A stretch of 64,000 nt of DNA from Amoeboaphelidium occidentale (lineage: Eukaryota). Below are positions 24,313 through 35,855 of this stretch, piece by piece. A program made the translations under genes and the position numbers. The notes below the pieces were generated by a model. The model was not told the origin of the DNA. It saw nothing but the letters and a program-made list of their open reading frames with translations, and did not search any database. Numbering within the stretch: the first letter of the stretch is position 1; each line of letters opens with the position of its first letter. The DNA is taken from positions 1-64,000 of the forward strand of contig JALGPX010000041.1 of assembly GCA_023515795.1 (NCBI GenBank). The letters run 5' to 3'.

Positions 24313-24921
24313 ATGTTTAAAAGCAGCGGTGCGACAGCTCTGAAGCGACTAATGACGGAATATCGACAAATTACAAAAGACCCTCCAGAAGGTAAATCCA
24401 CAGCGTTTCAGCGATAAAAGGAAAATACTAATTTACTGTAATAGGAATTCTGGCTGGACCAAAAGATGAGAATGATTTCTTTACTTGGGAAGCAGTCATA
24501 GCGTAACATTTATCTCTTACGACGCTGACCTGTTTGCATTCTTAGCGGACCTACTTCGACACCTTATGAACACGGAGTATTTCAAGCAATTATAAAATTC
24601 CCTCTGGATTATCCTCTGTCACCTCCGTCACTTCAATTCACCACTGGCATTTATCATCCAAATGTTTATCCTGACGGTAAAGTTTGTATATCGATTCTGC
24701 ATCCCCCAGGAGAAGATCCAAACATGTACGAATCATCATCAGAACGATGGTCGCCTGTTCAGTCTGTAGAAAAGATTTTATTATCCATTGTCAGTATGCT
24801 AGCGGAACCAAATGATGAATCCCCAGCAAATGTCGACGCTGCAAAAGTATACAGGGAAGATCGTTCAAAGTTCACACAATTGGTAAAGGAAAGTGTAAGA
24901 AGGAGTCTGGGCTTATCTTAA
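24313..24921 (+). CDS. UBC7: ubiquitin-conjugating enzyme Ubc7/UBE2G2 (3 exons)
   Basis: [53 protein letters not shown]. Confidence 0.95.
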
Positions 24922-24940
24922 AACGATTAGATAGAAAATT

Positions 24941-25708
24941 TTACTTTTGCTTTGATGTTCCGAAACCACTGAATCCCATCAATTGAGCCATTTCAGCTTC
25001 CTCTTGAGAAATCGCAGTTTCTTCTTCTGGTGGTGGCGCAGTTTCTTTTAATTTGGCCGCTTTCTGTTCCTTCCGTCTTTTGCGCTTCTCCTCGCGCTCC
25101 GTTTCTTCTTGTGCCATTCGTTGTTTTACAGCTTCTTGGAAATCATACTCCTGCGCTTCTGCTAAAGATTGATTCTCTTTGGATTTCTGCTCTGTAAGCT
25201 TTTCATGTGTCTCAATAACTTCCACGATATCTTCCTGTTTCTGCTGCTTATGATAATCATTAGTCAATTGCTGTTCTCTTTGTCTGTGTGCTTTTGATTT
25301 CAAATGATCCAAATACGCCAAATTGTCCTTGTAAACAGTTGAGCAGATGTTGCAATGGAATCCTGGTTCCCTTTTCTTTTTATCAAATGTCACAGACAAT
25401 ACAGAGGATGCCTGGTGGTGTAGCGTCTTCTTATTCACGAGCGCATCAAAGTCAATCTCATCCGCTTTTACAATCTTTCCTTTACTTGCACCAATACCGT
25501 CTTCCTTCAATAGATCATCGTCGTTATTGTTGGTGTATTGTTTCTTTCGTAAGCCTGAAGGTTCCTGTCTTCGTTTAAAAGAAGTATCAGACTCTGTAAT
25601 ATCGTAAGCGTTTCTCTTCATCAATTCACTTTGCAAAAACGGTCTGTGATTTGAAGTTTCATCGCGATTATGGTTGGTTTCGTGTGCTGAGTGATTTGGC
25701 TTTAGCAT
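24941..25708 (-). CDS. SNU23: U1-type zinc finger spliceosomal protein ZMAT2/Snu23
   Basis: GFHCNICSTVYKDNLAYLDHLKSKAH; C-terminal MAQLMGFSGFG. Confidence 0.85.
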   Translation of the reverse strand: MLKPNHSAHETNHNRDETSNHRPFLQSELMKRNAYDITESDTSFKRRQEPSGLRKKQYTNNNDDDLLKEDGIGASKGKIVKADEIDFDALVNKKTLHHQASSVLSVTFDKKKREPGFHCNICSTVYKDNLAYLDHLKSKAHRQREQQLTNDYHKQQKQEDIVEVIETHEKLTEQKSKENQSLAEAQEYDFQEAVKQRMAQEETEREEKRKRRKEQKAAKLKETAPPPEEETAISQEEAEMAQLMGFSGFGTSKQK

Positions 25709-25824
25709 GGACACTTTGTCGCAGTTGTTTGCTGTTCCATTTGGTTCTCTCGCTGGCTTGTTTGTTTGTTTCAGCTTTTTTACACCAGTCTGGTAATCCT
25801 AACGCTCTCGCTTTCAAGCAGAAG

Positions 25825-27678
25825 ATGAACAACGAAAATACACCTGCAAATTTCATTGGGACTCTTAATAGACGCTCTTCTGTTGGTAACGGCAGCGGTG
25901 GCGGTGGCGGTGCCCCTTCAAAGAAGAATTCATTTAGCTTTGAATCTACAGCAGCAGTTAATAACAACTCTCCGAGTGAGTCTAATGAAGAAAAGCTAAA
26001 GTTAACGTACAATGCACAGATTCCGTTTACGAAGAATGGCGCAGAAGGAAGAATTAAATCTTTCAGTTTGGCTGATGCTTTTATTCGTGCTTGTTGGAAA
26101 TTATTAACTTTGAGTGGTTGGTTGTTGTACTTGAGTGTTTTATACTTTTTGGCAAGAACATTTTGGATTCACGCCACAGATGTCGAATGTGTTCCAAGTA
26201 AATTGAGCCTGGATGGNNNNNNNNTGAGTGGTTGGTTGTTGTACTGGAGTGTTTTATACTTTTTGGCAAGAACATTTTGGATTCACGCCACAGATGTCGA
26301 ATGTGTTCCAAGTAAATTGAGCCTGGATGGTGCAACGATGAATGTCATTTGTCAGCCAAAGAGTTTAAATCCTGGTTATGTTTATGGTTTGGATCAAGCG
26401 TCTGTGATTCTAATGTCAAGTTACCAGAATCCTTACTTGTTTTCTAGAAGCTCTGATGAAAGTCCGCCTGGTTTGTACGCATTCTCTGCTGATCAGAGGA
26501 AGACAAGGCGTATTTGGCCCCATGCGTCAGCTGGTCAAGTTCCGGAAGAATTGTATGGCAGTCAAGATTGTTCTTCTCCGCCTTATCCATACTTTAATCC
26601 TACGGCTATTCATTCACTGAAATTTAACTCTACTTCTTATGCTGTTGTTACTACTGCTTATTCTCGTCCTATGCAGTACGACGCTTCTTGGTTTGATTTG
26701 TCTTCTAGACGAGCAGTTGAGATTTTTATTCTGACTTTTCCTGAAGATGCTCATGGTGATATTGACAGAATGACGACTACGTGGGTTGGATGTGCACCGC
26801 TAAATCATATTGGATTTGTGCCGACTGCTGTTCAATTGGTTTCAAGGAATGAAACATATTCTGATCTTATTGTTGGGTTTCAAGGAAAGATTGCTAATGG
26901 TAAAGGATCTTTGTCTACTTTTGAAAAGGCATGGCTACATGGAGGTGAAGAGTTGTATGATGACGAGGGTAAGACAGCAAGCCCATTTGCAGAGAAAGCT
27001 TTTGGAGATCCAGAGAAGCACAAGTTTCAGTTAACTCTCTCTAAAATTGTTGACGCTTTTGAGGGTTCTTTGACTCCTGTGTACAAATTACTTGCATTTT
27101 GGCTTGGTTCTAATGAAGGTTTTCTCGTCGATTTCATCCCAAATCAAGATGCTGTTGATTATGAGCCTCGTGTATTTGGTTCCGCTGCGTTTGATATTTC
27201 TGGAATTTATGCTACAAAGAAGCGTTTGTATTTCACAAAGCATATGAATTCAGAGTTCTGTTCAGCAAGCTTTGCAGATCCAGAAGAGATTAAATGCGTC
27301 TATATTAATGATGAAGGAAAGGCAAAAAAGGGAATGTTTGATACTGGCTCTTTAGAATCTCTCACTTTCTGGAAACGTGAGAATAAGTTTATTCTTTTGA
27401 AATCCGACTCTTATACCAAGTCTGAACTTTGTGCTGCTTCAGGTTTAGCACATTGTTCTATTGGTTGGAAACTATATTCTATTGATCCACGCACAATGGA
27501 ATACAGCAAGATCTTTGAACATGATGGTTCTGCATTTGGTGCAGCTTCATCCATTTCCATGTACAAGAGTAAGTTATTTTCATTTGCAATAACAAACTAA
27601 TTATGTTTAGATAAGGTGATCATTGGCTCAAAGAATTCTGATAGGTTTGCGCATGTTTCAATTAAGCAGATTAAATAA
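25825..27678 (+). CDS. membrane-anchored, divergent paraoxonase/arylesterase-like beta-propeller protein
   Basis: One TM helix; FNPTAIH and AVEIF; C-terminus DGSAFGAASSISMYK|NKVIIGS resembles the PON C-terminus; includes an N-gap duplication. Confidence 0.45.
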
Positions 27679-27810
27679 TCATCTTTATTCTTCATGTCGT
27701 TGTTTTTAGCTAAGTTTTGCCCTGGTGACCTAATCGAAAGCTCATTGGCCGATTCGATCGAATCACATTCGATAATGATTAAGGGCCTCCACTGAAACAT
27801 TTTGTCCAGA

Positions 27811-28314
27811 ATGATCATCACAAAATTGATACTGATCTTCATTATACACTTCACATACTCGCTCAATGTTCCATTAGAAAAGCATTCCGCACAAGATCCA
27901 AGAGATTACATCAGAGTTGATTTGCTGTCACCAACAATGCCAATAACAGCAGAATTAAACGATCCGCTGATATTCATGTTTCGAGCAGATTTAGAGGGAA
28001 AGGTTTATGATACTGTCAAGATATACCTCGCGAAAGGAGAAAAACCTTACTTGAACTCAACTGCGGCAGAGAGTAACAGCATTACAAAGCTCAAACAACT
28101 AAGCAACTTGAAAGTACATCAAGGCGTTTCTAATTACATGGTAATATGGACACCTAAACTCGAAGACATTCCGCAAGAAGGCGGGGATGATTTCTTCCTT
28201 ATTGTTGTAAAACCATCATGGTGGGGCTGGGTGGAAAGGCCATTGTTTGAGAGCGAATACTTTACTGTGGCGGGACTAGAGAGCTTCACTGATGGCAGAA
28301 TACTCTTTCAATAA
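27811..28314 (+). CDS. hypothetical secreted protein
   Basis: Signal-peptide-like N-terminus, ~167 aa ORF. Confidence 0.6.
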   Translation: MIITKLILIFIIHFTYSLNVPLEKHSAQDPRDYIRVDLLSPTMPITAELNDPLIFMFRADLEGKVYDTVKIYLAKGEKPYLNSTAAESNSITKLKQLSNLKVHQGVSNYMVIWTPKLEDIPQEGGDDFFLIVVKPSWWGWVERPLFESEYFTVAGLESFTDGRILFQ

Positions 28315-28403
28315 TAAATAATCTTTCTGTTAAACTTTGAAACCGCGATTTCGGTCCAGGAATGTTTGCCAAACAAATCCCTTTGATTTAGCGCCGTCAA
28401 ATA

Positions 28404-29312
28404 ATGAACAAACAAGAAAAGATTCTTTCAGTATTCGGCTTTGTCTCTAACGCTTTGAAAGTCGCATCGTTGGTGAGCTTTTTGGTGACCTTGACGCCCT
28501 TCGTTGGCATTACGGTGTTTGGCTTTAAGGATTTGGTTTTCGTTGGCACAGTCAGTTTCTATGCTGCAACGCTATTCGGCTTACTGATGATGCAGAAGCC
28601 TTCGTTCCTTTCTGAAGAAACCGAATGGGTAATTCCGCGTGGTCTTCGTAATTTCATTTCTTAGGCAAATTTCCTGTTCTACCTCGGCTGCTATTTTGGC
28701 TTGTTCACAGTTACCTTTCCTTACACTCAAATCGATTCATTCTATTACTTCTGGGCAGTCATTCTTCTGCATGTTGTGTATTCGCTTTTAACTTCTGGAA
28801 GCTTAAAGGCGTGTTGGAATGCTGAATTCATGACGCTGCCTGTCGTGGACATGAAGAGCAGCAGAACCGAACCTCAGGAGCCAATGAAGAATGAGATGTA
28901 TTACAAGTTCAATTTGGCCGTGTCTTGGATTGTTCGCATTTCTTTTGCAATTTTCTTCTTTTGGTTTAACTTTCAAAAGGATATTCCAATGCCGGATGTT
29001 AGTCCAGCTTTAATTGCAACAGGTTTCCTTGTTGGTGAATTTACAGCGACTTTGGGTAAGAGTTTAGCATTGAACATTGATCAGCCTCTCAAATGGGCTA
29101 TCCATTTACTACTAATGGGTGCATATACAGCATATCCACTGTGTTCCATTGTTGTTACAGAACTTTTGAGAACTGATGATGAACCTCCTGTTGGTTCAAA
29201 CATGTCTTTGTTGCATGGATTAGTTGGAGCATTCTTGTACACGCTTGTCACGGTTAATATCGCTTTTGCATTTACTACTCTCAACATACACCAGAGCTCT
29301 CCACGTGCCTGA
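28404..29312 (+). CDS. hypothetical multi-pass membrane protein (weakly ZIP-transporter-like C-terminus)
   Basis: Two hydrophobic ORFs joined by an intron at ~28629-28664. Confidence 0.55.
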
Positions 29313-29381
29313 CGTTGTTAGGAGTGACGAATAGAACAATCTCCATGTGATACCCCTTAAATTTTGTTTTGATCTTAAAAG

Positions 29382-29966
29382 ATGCATTATCTGACTCTTC
29401 TGTTAGCATACGCTTCTCTCGCTAGTGCAAAATACTTTATTACGAGTCCTCTAGGTAACACAACTTGGTCTGTTGGTGGTTCCGCGACCGTAACGTGGAA
29501 TATCAAACAAGAAGGACCAAAAGCAAACAAACTTACCGTTGACTTGGTAGCAGGACCGGAAAGCAGATCCCAGTGGGTTGCTACAATTTGCGAGAATCTG
29601 GAACCATCTGCCATGACATGCTTTTGGCCAATGATCCCATCATTCATCACAACTCTTCCAAGCGGTTACTCTGTCAGAATCGGTTATGGTTTGGAACCTG
29701 AAGTATACGACTACAGTCCAAAGTTCAAAATCTTTGGCTCCAAGATGGGTTCGGATGATGATTTACCGCGTCAACCTGCACCTGAAGCGTGTATTTCAAA
29801 CTGTGGCACAGATTACATCATTAGGAATCCTGGTGATAATGCAAACCCTACTTACAACAGAAGGAACGATCCTCGTTACAATGGCACAAATGAAGCAGCT
29901 CCTAAGTTCAGTGTTCAGTATGGCCTTCTTTTTATCTCTCTTTTGGTTGGTTTATTCGGCCTATAG
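29382..29966 (+). CDS. secreted, probably GPI-anchored protein with Kre9/Knh1-like N-terminal Ig-fold
   Basis: Signal peptide, ITSP..TTW..G..VTW, YSVRI..YSPKFKI, hydrophobic C-terminal tail. Confidence 0.7.
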   Translation: MHYLTLLLAYASLASAKYFITSPLGNTTWSVGGSATVTWNIKQEGPKANKLTVDLVAGPESRSQWVATICENLEPSAMTCFWPMIPSFITTLPSGYSVRIGYGLEPEVYDYSPKFKIFGSKMGSDDDLPRQPAPEACISNCGTDYIIRNPGDNANPTYNRRNDPRYNGTNEAAPKFSVQYGLLFISLLVGLFGL

Positions 29967-30072
29967 ATTTCTCGCTGCATGAAACTCATTGGATTGGTTA
30001 ATGGCGCGTAATTCACTCCAATAAAGCATCACTTCTTTAAGAAATTCCCATGTTCATTTTATAAATCAATTA

Positions 30073-30676
30073 ATGTCTGCTCAACCAGCTGCTCAAACTG
30101 CTCAACCTCCAGCTCAAGGACCAATGACGGTCGAACAAAGAGTTGTCGCAACTCACGACTTTTTAAGTAAGTTACTGAAGGGTGACGGAAAATCATCACC
30201 AGAAGAATTATGTCAAGAACGATGGGATAACTGGTCTTCAGTGGTCCGTGTCGACTTTCTGAATCGTAGCAAGAAGGCCGTTATCGCTTTGGTGCAACGT
30301 GATTTACCAAAGAAACAATGGGCTCAATGGGAAATCACCGTCAAATTCTGCATTGATGATATTATCAACAAGGCTATTCAAACAAAAGACAAGAAATGGG
30401 CTGATAATGCAGCTGTTGGTTCTCTGATCAAGACCATTGCTGATCGAAAGGAAAATGAAATTGATCCTGAAGGTTTCAAAGCAAAGATTGATAAGATGAT
30501 TGCTGACATAAAGGTATCTTTTGCGAGTCGGCAATACTCTAATTACTTTTTAGGATCAAAATGTTCAAGGTGTTGATTTTAATGATCCTGCTCACGCAAA
30601 TGCATTGAAGAATATTCGCTCCATCTATGCAGCAGAGTGGGCAATCTACATGGTTCAAAGATTGTCACAGTCTTAA
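30073..30676 (+). CDS. hypothetical protein (2 exons)
   Basis: ORF plus intron 30514-30553; exon 2 is open to TAA 30674-30676. Confidence 0.65.
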
Positions 30677-31003
30677 ATAAAGCCGTCTTTAAAGTGACAT
30701 GATTTTGTTCGATGTATATCTCGAGAACCTGAAGATGAAAAGAAAATTCACGTTACCATTGTTTTTTTTCGTATTAATTTACATGAGGCAAGTGATGTTC
30801 AGTCCGTACCAACTGAATTGTTCGTGATTACAACTACTGCTCTGATGCCTCCACAATCTGAACTCGCGATAAAACTTGCCAAGTGACGTGTATATGTCTT
30901 CTGGCGACGCTTTGTAGCGTGTTGAATGTTCAACCACAAAATCCTTTTAAAAGCGCGCAACACTCCCCTACACTCTCACAGTAAATGCCCCTTTATTAAC
31001 CGC

Positions 31004-31656
31004 TTATGCAACTTCCATTTTGCCCTTTCCGGTAGCAGTCTTGCTTCTATCCTTTCTGTCTAACAAGTTCTTTCTGTCCTTGTCCAACTTCAATTTAGTA
31101 ACGACGCAGTTCGATGGGTGAATGCCAATAGGAACAGATGAACCGTTAGACTTCTCCTTAACAACACGTTCGATATGAATAACCCACTTCTTTCTGTACA
31201 CTTGGACAACCTTTCCTTCTCTGCCCTTCAAAGAACCTCTGACAACTTGGACTTCATCGTCCTTTCTTACAGGAATGCTTCTGGTGTGATACTTTTCCCT
31301 GAGTTCCTTCGAAAGAGTAGCAGACATGAGCTTTCTGCGCACAGAAGATGGAGCAGTGAAATAAGCCTTTCTGGATTTGCGTCTAGAAGAAGAAACGTCT
31401 ATACAAGTTAATCTCAGCTCTTAGACACGGATCTGAAGAAGACATGGCTTTCTGGGTTGAGTATGGCATTTGGGTAATATCATGCTCTTGTACATTCCCC
31501 AAGCTTTTTTCTAGCTTTAGATTTTCCACGCGGGCATTATGCGACTCTTTTAAGAAGAATTCCTGTTATCGAATGTTCTGATTATACCTCCCCCATTCAA
31601 CCACAGACGCGCCATATGTCTTCCTTCATCGTTAATTTACCTGCGCTTTGCTTCAT
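31004..31656 (-). CDS. RPL26: 60S ribosomal protein uL24 (L26)
   Basis: [24 protein letters not shown]...[19 protein letters not shown]; 242-nt intron 31399-31640. Confidence 0.96.
31410..31635 (-). ncRNA. unidentified structured intronic RNA with C/D-box-like termini
   Basis: ACGATGA near the 5' end, CTGA at 31414-31417, and long nested complementary stems (see findings). Confidence 0.55.
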
Positions 31657-31768
31657 TTTTAATCTAACTTGTCGTAAAAAAATTTTCTTGAATCAAAAAA
31701 TCCTTGTCGATCTTCGGTTCAAGTTTCAGTTCAAAAGTGTTACAGACTATACGAGCTTCTTTATTAAT

Positions 31769-33802
31769 TCATTTTTCTTTGTCTCTGCAACCTTCAAAGC
31801 ATTGTCTTACTAGCCAAATAGATGTGAACATTCGCAGTAATTGAAATACCCAATACAATACGCCAAAAGTAACTCCGAATACATAGTTCAAAAAGAAATT
31901 GACTGTGACTAAAGCTTCCATCAACTTTTGCTGATTCTGTGGGTCTGAGAAAAGTGTAGATCCAGAAGTTAACCCACTTGTAAAAGTAGTTGCGACCTGA
32001 TTGTAGTCCAAGTTATAAATCTTGTACAAGATATAAACCAATGCACCAGTAGAAAATATCGCATATGTGCCAAAAATAGAAAATATAAATGGATGAAAAG
32101 TCTTTGCTGCAGCAGCTCTTAAAACTCGTATCACTGAAACAGATTCTCCTCGTCGACCATCGTGTAGAATTTTCCCTCTCAAGCTCATTCTTATGTGAGT
32201 GTAATGAAGTGGAAGATTAACCAGCACATTGGTAGACAGCGTTACCATCAAAGAACCAGCAAATATAGCAAGAACCAAGTTTACAAAAACGTTCAACTCG
32301 AACAGATACTGTTGTTGGAACACTAGGACAGAGTACAACAACAATGAATTTGTCGCCAAGTCAAACAACAACAATAATACTTTAACCCATACAATAAATG
32401 TAAGAGTTAATGCAGACTTTGATATAAGGGTTATTGATAATCTTAGTGTATGAAGAATCACAGTAATCAACAATGTAACACAGAAGATGATCAATATTGT
32501 GAGATTAATTGTTCTCTGGTCCATTATTATGCCAAGTAAGCCAACTTCATTATTAACAACCAGTTGCCCCATTCTGTAACCGTAAATTTTCAGAATAACG
32601 TTTGCAATAAGTGGACTAACATCCAAAATCATTTCATGATCTGCAACAAGATTCCAAATGGAGAAGGTTCTTTCAAATGGGTCCCAAGTTGAAACATCCC
32701 AACATAGCCACAGAACATTAGGAAAAGCTTTCACAATAGTTATCAACAAGTCAAGACACGCGAAAGCCAGAACACTATAAAAGAAATTCTTGGCACCGAG
32801 ATCCAAGTACTGAGGATTATTCCAAATGTTCACAATAGACAGAATACTGTAAACACTAGTAAGTAAAGATCGAAGAAAGTTCAGAATCCTGAAAAGCTTT
32901 GCCCACCACTTGCTCGCTTTGTTTCCTTTCGTCTTTGCAATCGGAGCCATATCACGTCTTGCGGCCTGCGCAAACTGTGTTATAATAGGATCTCCCTTAA
33001 CTTTTCTCTGTCTTGGGTTAGAATATGAGTAAATATCTTCATTTAGAATTTGCTCTGCGGAGAAAGAACTCTGTGCAAGTGATGGCACATCAGACGACAA
33101 GAGTTTCTCAGAGATCTCTTGTCTCAGATCTTTAGGATCAAATTTTGCAGGAGGAACGTACAAATTAGCATTATGCCTATTGCCAATATCATGTTTCTGC
33201 CTGACATTATTATGCCTCTGATCATGTACTTCATAACGAGGATCAATTGTTATGCTATCTTGTCTCAAACTGTCTTGTTCTTTCAAAATCGGTGAGATTG
33301 ATGTGTTCAAACCGACTGGGCTTGAATTATTGCCATCGTAAAAGCTGTCCATGTTATCAGAAAAGCTCTCCAGAAGTTCAATAGGTTCTTCAGCAAAAGA
33401 GTACGATGTCCCTGGAACAAACACAACGTCGCCATTCTTCATGTAGTGAAACGGAGAAATTTGTCTTTGACACCTTTCTCTTCTTTGAAAACGAGGATTG
33501 TAATTACTCGCAATAGGGTCTTCCACGTTAAAACTGGCCCGTCGTTTCTCATATTCCAGGTATTCTTCTAGAGGCGCGCCTGTGACTAAAGTATGACCAG
33601 CATTCCTTGACATGGTCTTTGGAACCTTCTCTTGCACTACGGGACCTTGACCAAGGCACCACGTCTTACTTTTATCTGCATTAGATAGTGGAACTGGCTT
33701 TCGATGTATAAACTTCTTTTTACCGCTGTGCTGCTGCTGCTTCCTTAATTTTGCAGATGTCTCGGCATTTGAAACAATTTCATTGAGTAATTCACTAACC
33801 AT
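31769..33802 (-). CDS. hypothetical multi-pass membrane protein with long disordered N-terminus (5' end uncertain, may extend to ~34.1 kb)
   Basis: 677-aa ORF with about 8 hydrophobic segments in the C-terminal half. Confidence 0.7.
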   Translation of the reverse strand: MVSELLNEIVSNAETSAKLRKQQQHSGKKKFIHRKPVPLSNADKSKTWCLGQGPVVQEKVPKTMSRNAGHTLVTGAPLEEYLEYEKRRASFNVEDPIASNYNPRFQRRERCQRQISPFHYMKNGDVVFVPGTSYSFAEEPIELLESFSDNMDSFYDGNNSSPVGLNTSISPILKEQDSLRQDSITIDPRYEVHDQRHNNVRQKHDIGNRHNANLYVPPAKFDPKDLRQEISEKLLSSDVPSLAQSSFSAEQILNEDIYSYSNPRQRKVKGDPIITQFAQAARRDMAPIAKTKGNKASKWWAKLFRILNFLRSLLTSVYSILSIVNIWNNPQYLDLGAKNFFYSVLAFACLDLLITIVKAFPNVLWLCWDVSTWDPFERTFSIWNLVADHEMILDVSPLIANVILKIYGYRMGQLVVNNEVGLLGIIMDQRTINLTILIIFCVTLLITVILHTLRLSITLISKSALTLTFIVWVKVLLLLFDLATNSLLLYSVLVFQQQYLFELNVFVNLVLAIFAGSLMVTLSTNVLVNLPLHYTHIRMSLRGKILHDGRRGESVSVIRVLRAAAAKTFHPFIFSIFGTYAIFSTGALVYILYKIYNLDYNQVATTFTSGLTSGSTLFSDPQNQQKLMEALVTVNFFLNYVFGVTFGVLYWVFQLLRMFTSIWLVRQCFEGCRDKEK

Positions 33803-34322
33803 TTGCTCATGATCAACAGTTTCACCCGTTTCTTGATCATCCTCATAATATCTTCTAGCAGCAAGTTGAGGTACTTTCGGTAATCCTTCAGAGTTTAAGA
33901 TCTTAATTCTAGGAGGGATGTACCTTTTTCTTTTGAATGGCGATGGTTTGAAGTGAGCATAAGGANNNNNNNNNNNNNCAAGTTGAGGTACTTTCGGTAA
34001 TTCTTCAGAGTTTAAGATCTTAATTCTAGGAGGGATGTACCTTTTTCTTTTGAATGGCGATGGTTTGAAGTGAGCATAAGGAAACTAGAGGTCTTGGCAA
34101 GTGCAAACAAACCTGCCGTTTCAAGCGAGGACTTTCATGGCGCAAAACTTTCCGGTTCAAAATGCGATACACCAGCGAAAGATGCCCCTGCAGTCAAACC
34201 ATACGCACATAGACCGACTTTTTCAACTCGATGTTCGATGGCACGCTTGCGATTGGCGGACTCTTTCGTGGCACACCTCTGTAACGTGCCAGAGTTTTCG
34301 TTTGAGTAATCTAATTATTCGC

Positions 34323-35786
34323 ATGGGCATCAAAGACCTAGTAACGTCTTATCGGACTCGTCAGAAATCTGCCGATGAGGTATCATCTGTTCCTAAAACG
34401 TCTCATCCACGAGCAGGTTCTCAAGATGACAGTTTGACTCCGATAAGAGGAAAGTTGTTGAGGAAATACAGCGTTAGCTCTACACCAAACCTACCATTCA
34501 AACAAGCTGGACAAGCTGCATCATCCGCTTCATCTCTGGAATCTTTCACAGAATTTCAAGAGTCTGGGGCTGATGAAACACGTAAATATCGTGAGAAAGG
34601 AATGGAAAGAAGAGCACTTTCTCCCATTATTACCAAGAATGCACCGTATCTTCAACCACGTAATGGAAGCATGTCTGTTCCTTGTACACCAACAGATATA
34701 TCTCCAATAGCATCAAACGTGCACGAATTATTGGCTTATCAAACAAAAGGTTCAAGGACTCCAAGTGCAAAAGTTGCTAGTCCTCCAACTACGCGGCTTC
34801 AATTTAGAGCTGGAAGCACTTCTGATTTTGAGAGAACAGACAGTATATCACCTGTGCTTCGTGCACCATCTCCTGATCCTTGTGATATTGCTGAATTATG
34901 TGCATGCGATATCATGGTTCATTTCGAAGATCCAGAACTTATTGAACATCCGGAAAGTTCAGGTGGATTGCGCAGGAGATCTTCAGATGCTACCACAAGA
35001 GAGACACAAGAATTGGTTTCAATAGGACTGAATACAAAATCAAGCGACGTGGTTCTGGGACTTCTCCACAAACGATATGGCGATGAATGGTTTTCCAGTC
35101 AAGATACTGAACAGCTATTGGAGCAATTTGGTTTGTATGAAGCCGAGTTCGTTAGGGACGATGAAGATGAGTATTCGATGGGATTATTTTCTGCAGCATC
35201 CTCAGAAGTCACACCATCTGTTGAAAACAAATCTCTCTTTGGCATATCAAGCCTTCTAACTCCAATATCCGAAGACCAAGAATCTTCAGCTAACAAAGAG
35301 AAAGGAGCAGATAAGCCTTCAAGACATAACGCAAAGAGTTTATCGCACAGAGTTATTTCGAGAGCACTTCGTGTGGATGAGTCGCCTTTATTTGTGTACC
35401 ATAATTGGAAGTTTGCAAGCCCGCGGCCTTTGCTTGGACGGAAGAAGTCAAGTCCTTCTCCTGATCATTCTGGTGGGTCTGCAAGACATCTTGAGCCAAG
35501 AGAGTTCCATTTTTTGGTAAAACGAATGGAGTTCAAAGACTTACAGCTTGTGAAGGACAGGCCATCAAGCGAAAGTAACGTCAAGCATCAAAATTCGTTG
35601 GAACACACAAGTGAAATTATTAGGGCACAGCAGTACAAGAATTGGAGTATTGAAAGACTCCAGCGGAGACTAAGAAACGTAAGCGAAGAGGAAGAACGTA
35701 GAATTCTTGAAATCGAGGAGAAATACAAAAGGCAAGCAAACTGGATAAGAAGTTCCTTTGATAACGGGAATCTTTCGAGAAGTTAG
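34323..35786 (+). CDS. RASSF-like protein: Ras-association domain plus C-terminal SARAH coiled coil
   Basis: RA-like SSDVVLGLLHKRY..QFGLYE..RALRVDESPL..FHFLVKR; SARAH-like YKNWSIERLQRRLRNVSEEEERRILEIEEKY. Confidence 0.65.
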   Translation: MGIKDLVTSYRTRQKSADEVSSVPKTSHPRAGSQDDSLTPIRGKLLRKYSVSSTPNLPFKQAGQAASSASSLESFTEFQESGADETRKYREKGMERRALSPIITKNAPYLQPRNGSMSVPCTPTDISPIASNVHELLAYQTKGSRTPSAKVASPPTTRLQFRAGSTSDFERTDSISPVLRAPSPDPCDIAELCACDIMVHFEDPELIEHPESSGGLRRRSSDATTRETQELVSIGLNTKSSDVVLGLLHKRYGDEWFSSQDTEQLLEQFGLYEAEFVRDDEDEYSMGLFSAASSEVTPSVENKSLFGISSLLTPISEDQESSANKEKGADKPSRHNAKSLSHRVISRALRVDESPLFVYHNWKFASPRPLLGRKKSSPSPDHSGGSARHLEPREFHFLVKRMEFKDLQLVKDRPSSESNVKHQNSLEHTSEIIRAQQYKNWSIERLQRRLRNVSEEEERRILEIEEKYKRQANWIRSSFDNGNLSRS

Positions 35787-35855
35787 ACGTTTCAAATCAG
35801 TAAAGTCAAAGCATTTTTATCTGTATCAATGATCTATTGATGAGTTAACGAATAA

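Noticed and set aside
26112..26330. Apparent internal repeat in the propeller protein
   Set aside because: Duplicate around an N gap; assembly artefact.
30514..30553. Possible U12-type intron (GTATCTTT donor)
   Set aside because: Mismatch to GTATCCTT, U2-type CTAAT branch point and typical short length.
33862..34082. Direct repeat around N gap
   Set aside because: Assembly overlap artefact.
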